A DNA stretch of 45,577 nt, filler included, from Jimgerdemannia flammicorona (Eukaryota), in assembly GCA_003990765.1 (NCBI GenBank). It is 2 parts of 2 records of this genome, joined end to end, with 100 filler letters (N's around TTAATTAATTAA, not from the genome) between each part and the next. Parts side by side here need not be neighbours in the genome. Positions count along the whole stretch, not along the records: positions 22,841 to 45,577 come from RBNJ01001211.1; 1 more part is not named here. The stretch is one strand, 5' to 3'. The translations under genes were made by a program, and so were the position numbers. Below, one piece after another: positions 35,771 through 45,577 of this stretch (within the stretch, counting starts at the first letter, position 1; each line of letters starts with the position of its first letter). The notes under the pieces were generated by a model. It was not told the DNA's origin. It saw nothing but the letters and a program-made list of their open reading frames with translations, and ran no database searches.

Positions 35771-36328
35771 CTAGTCGTGGTGGTCGTGCCCGGATTCAGA
35801 GCCGCCGACCTTCTTGATTGTGATCGGGCCGGCATAGAAATTCAGCTCGTAGCCGGTAAACTGGATGTAGTAGTCGTAACCGGCGAGGTCCGGGGGTACG
35901 GTGTAGGTCACGGTACCAGTTCCGATACTGACACTGTCTCTGATGGTCCTGACAAAATGATAGTCGCCACCCTCCAGCTGGACGAGATCAACGTGGATGT
36001 TAAAGGTCAATTCATCTGAGAACGAGATTGTTTGCACAGAGTCAGTATTTTAATTTCTTGTTGGAATACGTGAAGCGCGTGATCACAGCAGGATACATAC
36101 TTGAATAAAAGGAGGCTTGTTGCGTGGATCTGAAAATGGGAAAATGTGACAACCTGTCAGAGAATTTCGCCATACAAATACCTTATTATTTGACATCACT
36201 TACCCAGTGTCCCAAGTCGTTGCTCCAGTGGGAGACGAGACGTGGAAGAATTTGTTGTTGTACCAAGTAGGCGACGCGAAGGTACCGGCCACAAGGGCGA
36301 GTGTGACGAGGATGAAGATAGGCTTCAT
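35771..36328 (-). CDS. Small secreted protein, 132 aa, Kre9/Knh1 N-terminal Ig-like (PF10342-like); exons 36328-36204, 36129-36101, 36015-35771
   Basis: GTAAGT..CTGAC..TTTTCAG and GTATGT..TACTGAC..CTCAG introns join a 399-nt frame: MKPIFILVTLALVAGTFASPTWYNNKFFHVSSPTGATTWDTGSTQQASFYSNELTFNIHVDLVQLEGGDYHFVRTIRDSVSIGTGTVTYTVPPDLAGYDYYIQFTGYELNFYAGPITIKKVGGSESGHDHHD; signal peptide; SP..TTW..G, TYTVP.DL, Y.GP.TI motifs. Confidence 0.85.
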
Positions 36329-36420
36329 TTTTTTCTTTCGGTTGTTTGTTTTGTAAGGGATAGATTTACAGAACCGAGTGGATGATTGCGTTGATGAGGA
36401 CATTGGAAGCAATAGATACA

Positions 36421-36428
36421 GTTATATA
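36421..36428 (-). promoter_or_regulatory. Candidate TATA box of the secreted-protein gene
   Basis: TATATAAC on the - strand ~95 nt upstream of the ATG. Confidence 0.45.
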
Positions 36429-38089
36429 CCCACCAGCGGGGAGAGACACAGCTTAGCACAGCCCAGTCCGGTTCTTGTTTTTTGATTATCGCTGTCACAC
36501 GGCACGAACGGATCAGGCAAATGGTGGCTGTAGGGAAAACTTCACGCATCGCAGCACAGCCCAACTCATGGTGCGGGGCGTCCCTGAATAGCATTTTTGA
36601 CAGTATCCAGCCTCGATGGTGTGAGATTTGGAGAGAGGTACTGGCCGCGCCACATTTTTAAAAGCTGAGAGATATGGGATACCTTAGAGCACCAACGTTT
36701 TTATCCCCTCAACCCGATTTTTCCACCACTAGATTTTTTTCAGGGGATGCACCGATTGCATCATTTTTAGTCTTTGTGGGTCGCCCTATCTCTGAGCCCC
36801 CACCTTTCCATGTGCCATCCCATCCATATTGACAATGACAGCAACGCCGACAATGGCGACAACGGTAACAATGTTCATCCATCCATAATTGTTCATTTAT
36901 CCATTCTGAAATCCAGACTGGATATCGAGAGCGAAAAGGTATGTTATTTACGCTTCCAAGGACGGTTATTGGGGTCAGAAGTTGCTCCATTGTGAAGTTC
37001 AAATAAGTATGTATGTATATAAGGCAAAAAAAAAAAAAAAAAAAAAGACACGTGAACGCGTCCATGCATTTTATCAACAGAAATAGCGATGAACCCAGAG
37101 GTGGGCGATCCACAAAGACTAAACAAAAAGGACGTGATTGGTGTGGTAAAAACTCGTCCTCTGAAAAAATCCAGTGGCGGAAAAAATCGATTTGAGGGGA
37201 AAAAACGTTGGTGCTATAAGGTATCCCAGATATAGGTAATAGTTAAGTTTGCGTGACCCTGGATGTCGAAGAATGCAATGTTCTATTTGACCACATCACT
37301 TAATTGTAAGCCCGCATGGATCAAAAGCAAACATTGACTGTTTTTTGGTTTCGTCGATTCCAACCATACGTGAACGATTGACGCCGTGCTTTGTATTTCC
37401 ATGACGGATGGCAGAGCGTGACATTGGCTTCGGAGCGATAACGGCCATGCCATGGCACAGGCACATGAGTTTATGGTGAGCATTAGTGGCTGCCTCTCGA
37501 ACTGAGAACCATGATGCACGGCTTGTGTGTTGTAACGAAGATCTAGATCCCGAACAATACAATCAGATTCCGCGGATATAAATGGAATTAGGCTGGGTGG
37601 GAACAGGTGACCGATGACAGTCGATATCCGCCGAGTTCAAACTCGCGGGGTGGTCAATTTTCTAGATTCCAGGGTTAGGTGGCAATTGTGCATGAAATTG
37701 TGTATGGTATCACAGACAGTTAAGCCCCAGTAAATGCTGTTTACGGCGTCGACACGTCTCTCTCTCTCTGAGAAGCCCGGATGGATCCTCAGCAAGGATA
37801 TGATCTCCGCAAGTCGCGAGCTCAATGTACGCACGTATCAGTGTTCCGCAGCTCGCTCGACCCGATCCGGCTGAACCCGCGAATGCGGGTGTGGGACAAG
37901 ACTTCGGCTCGCCCCAATAATCATAATATCTCCGACAGAACTTTGCCTCCTTGGATTTTCGTAAAGCAGTCCGGTTAACGTCTATAGTTTCCATGGACAC
38001 TAAGCACGATGGCAACAATTCCCAGCGGCAATTTGGGCAGTGGATCTTGCGGACAATCCCGCACGTGTCAATGAGAACTTACATGGAGA

Positions 38090-38507
38090 GAATGCTAGGA
38101 TAGCTAACTCAAAATTCTAATATATTAACAATTTTATCTTATACTTGATTAATATTTTAACTTTAATACTAACTCGTAGTTATTAGAATTAATTTAGAGG
38201 GGTTTAATAGTATAAATATATTTTATAGTTTTTCTTTTATTGACAGTATTTTATATCTTATAATTATAAGATTAATTATATTTCAAAAATGTAATATATT
38301 TGAATTATGAAAGCTTATATATTTACTAATACTAAAGCTTATTTTATTAAGTAGTATTTTATAAAATATATTAATATATAAAAGTAACTTAAGATATTAA
38401 ATTATATATATAAGTTAGAGTTTAATATATAAGAATAATTTATATTTAATGATATTATTAAGAAATTATTAATATAATATATAATATTGTAATAAATTAT
38501 TATATAT
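38090..38507. other. Extremely AT-rich, unassignable hypermutated repeat relic
   Basis: Very low GC, TpA-rich, no recognisable motif. Confidence 0.5.
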
Positions 38508-41500
38508 TGTAATGAGTGGATAATATAGTATAGCCAGATAATGAGAACCCTCAGTAGAGCATAGTTACCTATATATATCTAGTTACCTATATATACTATT
38601 ACTTATAATTAGTAAGATATCAAATTAGGTTTATTGATCTATATCCTAAGGATACATCTGTATCCATTAGATATATCTGTACTCACTGAATATATCTATT
38701 CACTCTCTTTCTAAAATAATATTACTACATATTCTATAGTTAGCAATATAGCAACTAGATAGTAATCACAATTATATAAAATATTTTAGAAATAAGAGTG
38801 AATAAACCTCAGTCTAAAAATTAAAGCAAAAGTCAATTGTCTGGTTAGTTAAGAAGAAAAACCTACTAATGAGCTATTGCTAAAAAGTTGTGAGCTATTT
38901 TTTACTACAGTCTCTTTCTGATATAAAGAAGAGAGAATCTGAGTTAATATGCTTATTAGACTAAGTCAGAAGAATCTAAAAAACCCTACCATCTCTTGCC
39001 TAAAGCCAGTCTAGTATAAGATACACCTTTACAGTAAATCTATTTATACAAATAAAGCAGTCTTTAATATAACTTTATCAGTTAGTAAAGTTTGCTAATC
39101 TAGAAGAATCTGTACTATCTGAGATATTTTCAAGTAGTTCTCTAATTTAGAAAGAATCTATACTATCTGAGTTATTTTCAAGTAAAATACCAATTTGGAA
39201 AGAATCTATATCAATTAAATTATCTACTATTTCAGAAAAAATCTGCATCAACTAAGTAATCTACCAAATTGCCAACTTGTTACCTAATAAAGAAGTTTAC
39301 TAAATTATCTATATAATATCAGAGTATTATGTAGAAATTACATACATAAGGAAATCTACTTACATATATATACTATATATATAGAGATCACTACTACTTA
39401 ATCTACATTCTAAAGAATACTACCTAAAAAGAAAATTACCAAAATTGTTCATTATACAAATAAGAGAACTTATTCAAGAATCCTGTATTATCATTATATT
39501 ATTTAATATTAACAAAGATATTAGAAATTATTGAAAATTTTGTTACTTTTGGACAAAATAACTAGGAGTTTAAGCCAATCTATTTAATAGCCCCAATCTT
39601 ATAATTTATCTCTATTGAGTCAGTATGTTATATTTAAGAGCTCAACTGGAAAGATTTTCTTTAAATCTATATGACTTTTTAGCTTACAGGAACTCAATAG
39701 CCAAACTGGATATATTTGATATAATATTAATATCTACTACTATAAAAGAATAAGTTATTACTAATATTTGGACAGAAAGAGAAATAATCTCCTTAAGAGT
39801 TACCAATTGCCCAGTATTGAAAGGATCTCAACTAGAAGCCAGTATAGTACAGAATCCTCAACCAATACTAACAGACTTACCATAAGGAGACCTGATCTAA
39901 TCAGATCAATTATATCAATCAAACAATATAAACATCTCTACTTGAAACTTTAATGAGTTTATATAAGAATCTGAAGACCTTATTATATAATCTTAGTTTT
40001 CCTCAGAAGCTCTATTAGTCTCCTTTATTGAATCACTATTAGGATCAGTAACTACAGAATCAGAATACTCAGATCTTCTATATCTCACTTAAGATCAATA
40101 ATATTATTTTCAGAATACTCAAGTATTTCAAGCTTTAGTAATAACTTGAAAAGTAAATTAGAACTAGAAGACAGTGATGATAAAATGACCACCTCAATAC
40201 CAATCTTAGCAGAATATCCAGAAGAAGACTCAAGAGAATTCCTTGATGAAATTAAGAAAATTATAGCTTTAAAGAATCTCTCTGTCTAGAGAAAAGTCAT
40301 TATCTATAAGACTTAACTCATAGAATCAGTCAAGGGAATTTACAATTAAGCAGCAAGTGATGTACCTTCAGACCTTAGAGTAGTCATTTATATAGTACTA
40401 TCTTGAAAGAAGAATATAGGACCATGACCTACTAGCTTATTGAAAAATATACAGAAATCAAAACCTGTCATAAGGTTTAAGAATTTATTATGAGGATGAA
40501 GATAAATCTCAAAGAATCACTTAGGACATTCTTTATTAAAATCTAGAAAAGAATATATATAGCTGAATTCAATACTATCAATCAAGATATCATAGGTTCA
40601 ATAATCTTAATAAATGAGATCTCTCTATATATCTACACTCTAGATATTATAAAGTCTGAAGAATAAATAGATACAGCTTAAGGATTTTTTAATATCAGAT
40701 AAGAGACCATCTAGAGTAATTATAATAAGAAGAATAATAAGAAAGATATCTTAATTAAAACTCTATAAAGGCTCCTTCAAGAATGCAGAAAATCAGATAA
40801 AGAAAAGTCAGCCAAGGAGTAAAAGAAAGAGAGAAATAAAATCCAAGACCTTAACTCTAAGTTGGATCAATTGGTTGAGCAAATTGAAAACTTACTATAT
40901 ATGAAAACCAAAGCTATCTAGAGGATAACAGAGGGTATATACTATAAAGAAATCAAGACTACCAACCCAGAGTTAACAGGAACTATTAGCTATAAGAAGA
41001 AAGTAGGTATCTAATATAAGATAATGTCCAAGTCTAATGTTTTTACTGCAAAACAGTTTTGATACTATACTACTGAATATAATAACAGAAAAAGTGATTA
41101 AAGTAACTCAGAATCACTAAATTGAAAGAATATAACCTAGTATAAAAAGACTGAAGCTCACTTTGTTGGAGACTTAAAGAAGAAAGCAATAGTAAAGACT
41201 ACAGTAATCTAGATCTATACTCAATCAAGATCATCATCAGAAAAACAGTATATCTAGCTGAGATTAGTAGAAAGGCCATTCAGAAACACCAGCAGAAGAA
41301 TTATCCAAGAAGAAGATAAAGAAGACAAAGAGAAGTAGATTGAGATATCTTCTAGATCTCTCTTATTTTTTTTTTCTGAAATAAATGAATTATTACTAGA
41401 GGATTAAGAAATAGAGCAAAATAAATAAGAGTCTATTTTTCTGAAGCCCAAGAAGAAGTACATTTCAAGGACTATGTTCAGAGATATCTATAATGAAGTC

Positions 41501-42501
41501 TGGTAAAAGATTCAAGAAGTCAAGATGAAAGTCTCTCTCTTATAGTTTCTACAATTAATATTTGAAACAAACTATTGAGAACCACCAGGTCCAGCATTGG
41601 CCAAGTTCCAATCTTATAATAAGAACTGGTATAAACTACTATTCAGGCTATTATAGTAGTAGATGGAGCCTGAACTCAATATCTTAGAGAAGTATGAAAT
41701 ATCACTCTCTCTCTTAGATATATTCAGTTTTTTATTTCAAAAGCTATTATTATCAAAGCTGTCACCTATGATATAATCCTAGATATCAACTAGATGCAAA
41801 AAATGAATACAGTTATTGACTGACCAATAAGTACTCAAATTTGATTATAGAGAAAAGAAGTACAGAATTAAGATAATCAACTATGAGCTATTGAAGAAGA
41901 AGAAGAAGATCACTATCTAGGAAGAGTTTACTAGTAGTAAAAAATCTACTTAGAGGAAGAAGAAGAATCTAAAGATAGAAATGATCTCAAACTAAACCTA
42001 TGAATCAACTTAGTAGATAATAGACTAGAAGACAATAATGGATCAAAGATATATACTATTCATATTATAATTAGAGCTATTATAGAATAAGCTAGAGAAT
42101 ATTCCATCTGTCTCAAAAGATATAAGTACTTTAAACATTTCTCTAAGATTATTAGAATAAGAAATTCATCTGGTATAGTCTGCCCTAAGTATAAAAAAAG
42201 GAAGAAGAAATAAACTACTCTCTGAAGATATCTATAACTGAAGCTACAGAAGTACAAGTAATCTGAGATCAAGAATATCTAATAAAGAGACCTCTGAACA
42301 AAAGTTCCCAAGTAGAAGAAACTCTCTGAACTTATTCTCTAGAAAAACTCTCACTAAATACTATCAGAAAATAATAATCTCTAAAATACTGAAGAACTAA
42401 ACATAGTTGCTATTATTTCAAAATGAGAAATATATCAGAAAAGAGCCTTTTGACTAGAAATATACCAGTATTAAAAGATCTTCTGCTCTCCCTGAGACTA
42501 C
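38508..42501 (+). mobile_element. Family-C element C3: 5' LTR (38508-39632), PBS, gag, PR with active-site region deleted, part of spacer
   Basis: Colinear reverse-complement similarity to C1 30896->26350; ends at LINE poly-T. Confidence 0.92.
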
Positions 42502-45500
42502 TTTTTTTTTATTTTTTCAATTGAGTACTAAGCTCCTTTATTAACTAATTTATGGTTCTTATACTATATCAGTAGCATCAACGCAACCCCACTCTACTCT
42601 ACTCTACTCTAATATACTCTCTTCTTTTTACTCATATCCTCTTAAAAACTACTAGACTATAACCACCCCAATCTATCTACTACTTCTCTTATATATCTCT
42701 TTTATCAGATATTGATAATGACTCTCTTGAGGGCCCCACTCCTTCTACTAGTCTGTCAGTATATCTGCTTTTAATTCCTCTCATCTCACTATTCTTTTCC
42801 CTAATACTATTCATTTTCCATCCTCAAATATATATAGCTAGTATCTAGCCAATCTTACTCATACTGCTAATATCCACTCAATAGTGAGTTACTCATTACT
42901 GATATATCCCACCAACTACTCTATCAAGTTATCTCACCTCTTTCTCTCTCTACTATTTCACCTTCTTACTCTCAGATAATCCTCAATTATTTTCCAGAAG
43001 TTTCTAAGTATCTTATACTTATCTAGCTAATATTAAGATATCTATATAATTCCCCCCTCTTGCTCTACATTATAACACTTCTTGTACTTAAAGACCTTAT
43101 CTTTATTTCTATTGAAAATTCAATATAATGTTTCTCTGCAAGATACACTACTATATAATCTAGTACTTTAAAGGAAGTTACTATCATATCTCAGTACTTT
43201 AAGACCAAACTTCAGCCTAGTTCCATGTCTCACCTATGTCTGCCAACTGCTAGCCAGTTGGTCACAGATCTTGTTCCACTCTCTATTAATACTCCATATT
43301 AATATTAATATTAAAGTTCACTAGTAGAGAACTGCTCAAAAGAAGTCTGTCTTATCTTTATATTATAGGTCTCTATTGTATATCTCTCTTATTATATATT
43401 ATATTAATATAAATTAATATAGTGAGCTCTCTCTACCACCCTCTATCAGAATTCTCTGTATCTCAAGCACTTACTATCTCTCAGTCCAACCATCAATAAC
43501 AAATCTCCTAAAGAATCTCTAGGGAAGAATCTTGCCTTCCAGATCTTCTATATCAATAGTACCTACTCCCTATCCTACAACTTGATAGCTCTCTTCAAAT
43601 ATCAAGTCCTAAGGTAATATAACCTCTTTAAAAAGTCCACCAGACCCAGACCTCTTCTGTCTACTAGAGTCACTAATATCTCTCAATATATCTAACTCTA
43701 TCTCTTAGCCCAAATTCAGTTCTTAACTATCTTCAATAATCTCTTTATCACCTAAGCTAGAAAGTTCAAGTAATATACCAGATACTATAACTTTAACTAG
43801 TAAATATTAAAAATTGACATCTATCTGGCAAAAGTAATATATGTAGTATCCCTCCTAACTCTAAATAGCCTCTCTTTATTCCACTAACTTTCTCTCTTAC
43901 TAAGCTCTAGGTAAGACTGATCTATACTAATAAGAATAAATCCAGATACTATACTATCTCTCCTATAGAAACAATAGTCCTCTCAATATCTCCACCTATC
44001 AAACCATTCTCTAGCACTATTGTCTCACACTTATACCAGTTATATTAGTCTATAGCAGCCCTCAGCTTACTACTATTACTAATAGAACTAAGTTCAATTA
44101 TCATATTATTAGCAAATGTCCTTCTTTCAGACAACTCTTAAGATTAGAAGCTCTAATATCTTGTGATAAATTCTGTCTATCAATAGCTCTAATAACAAAG
44201 TATATAGAATAAGAGATAGGAGGTCTCTCTGAGAAACTCCTCCCTCTAATAAGTATAAGACACCCTAATGTCTATTGTACAAAATTACTACCCAACTGCT
44301 CTTTAATAGACTAATTATCAATAATCTTAATTAGTAAGAGATACTAATCCTTACTAATACCTTTTTCAGCCAAACTCATTATATCTAATTATAGGCCTTC
44401 TTTTGTTCCAGAAAGACTAACAATCTATTTAGTCTACTTGTCCTCACTTTCTCAATTATGTATACTATAAATCTAGGCCATCTTATCTCTAATTAGTCTA
44501 CTACTAATAAAATTCCTCTATTTGATATCTAATATCTATTAAGCTACTCTCTATAACCTTGCTATAACAACCTTTATAACTAACTTTCTATCTATATTCA
44601 GAAATATAATTAGTCTCCAATTTTTCCAATTCTCTCTTCTATCCTTATTCTTATATGGCAGTACTATCAGATCAAGATCCTGCCTCCCAACCCACTCTTT
44701 AGATATAAGAACTAGATTGTATAGTACTGTTATCTCCCCCAATACTCCAGAGACTCTTATCATCTTCTTCTAAAAGTCTCAAGATAAGTCATCCTCACTA
44801 AGAGCTGTGTCTTATTTTATAGCTAAAAAAATACTCAGAATTTCATTATCTTGGACTAGCTAAACTAAGTTCCCAAGATCAACTACCTGTAGAGAGTACT
44901 AATTCTCCAGAGAGCACTCAATAGTCTCTTCATCAGCATCTCCTTCTTTCTCACTCCATAGGTCTTCCTATTGATTCTTCAAAGAACTAAGATTCTCTAC
45001 ATCTCATTCACCAGAGTATTCTTCTCATTAAGCACTCCATTCTACCACTGTCTCACCCTCCTCACCTGAAGACGCCTAGATAGATACTTAGTAGATCTCT
45101 TACCTTTCTCAAGTCTCTGCTACCTGATCTAAGCTGCTATACCTTATATATAAATCTTCTCCTCTTCTTTCAACACTCTCATCAACTCTACTATCTTCAG
45201 CCAGGCCTATCCCAGCTTTCAATTTTCTACCTTCTTCTGCTCCAACATCTCTATCTACATACTTTAACTATAATTACTTTATCTTATAGAAGATCTACCC
45301 TACTTGTCATCTCTGCTTAGTCTCTTTAAATCTATCAGTTATACTTCAATATATCTTGGCAGTCTTCTTCAACTTCATCCAACAGACCCTTACTGAGGAT
45401 CTCTCATATACTCAATAAGCAATCTTGGTCCAATATTTACCACTCAAGCATTCTAACCCCCTCTCTTCTAATAAAGAGAAATTGAGATACCAATGTCCAG

Positions 45501-45577
45501 ATCCATCTTTATTCTTCCCAAACTAGTCAAACTTCAATAATAGTTCCCAATGATCAGACTATAGATATCTTTTTTTT
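42502..45577 (-). mobile_element. Degenerate non-LTR retrotransposon (L1/Tx1-like ORF2: endonuclease end and RT) with poly-A tail
   Basis: - strand SDH...GSGHWYLN (~45490-45560), IVLPYKNKDRRENWKNWRLIIFLNIDRKL, GGVSQRDLLS (~44230), FANN from FADD (~44110); T-tract 42502-42517. Confidence 0.9.

Noticed and set aside
35555..36019. 154-aa + strand ORF
   Set aside because: Antisense shadow of exon 3 of the secreted-protein gene
37710..38018. 102-aa - strand ORF containing KEAKFCRRYYDYW (faint Tc1-transposase or PEN-2 resemblance)
   Set aside because: One short motif only; no DDE residues, TIRs, TM helices or convincing splice structure

Overview
Eukaryotic, most likely fungal, repeat-rich region. 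About 90% is nested, decaying retrotransposons with strong C->T/G->A decay (CpG first, then CpA/TpG->TpA). Labels A-D are mine. Ty3/gypsy content: A (1-8002, +; PR-spacer-dUTPase-RT-RH-IN plus a ~2.5 kb 3' LTR containing a ~370-codon accessory ORF); a family-C relic (8560-9139, -); a near-complete chromovirus B (9140-15169, +; gag-dUTPase-PR-RT-RH-IN-chromodomain, 403 bp LTRs); an older B-like copy B' (15170-18343, -); element D (18344-22580, +); and, after an artificial 100-nt gap linker, family-C copies C1 (-), C2 (-) and C3 (+). C3 is interrupted by an L1/Tx1-like LINE (42502-45577, -). All four gypsy families carry a dUTPase, in two different polyprotein positions. A CpG-rich island (~34250-38090) holds a tRNA-like cloverleaf, a tyrosine-recombinase (DIRS/Ngaro-type) remnant and the only intact host gene I can support, a 3-exon, 132-aa secreted Kre9/Knh1-N-like protein. 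Best leads: (i) an accessory protein shared by families A and C, LTR-encoded in A; (ii) a conserved zinc-finger/F-box-like domain between PR and dUTPase; (iii) an RNA motif shared by the 3' UTRs of unrelated elements; (iv) a tRNA-headed YR remnant at the mutation boundary. All calls come from reading the sequence by eye, no searches were run, and internal domain boundaries are approximate.
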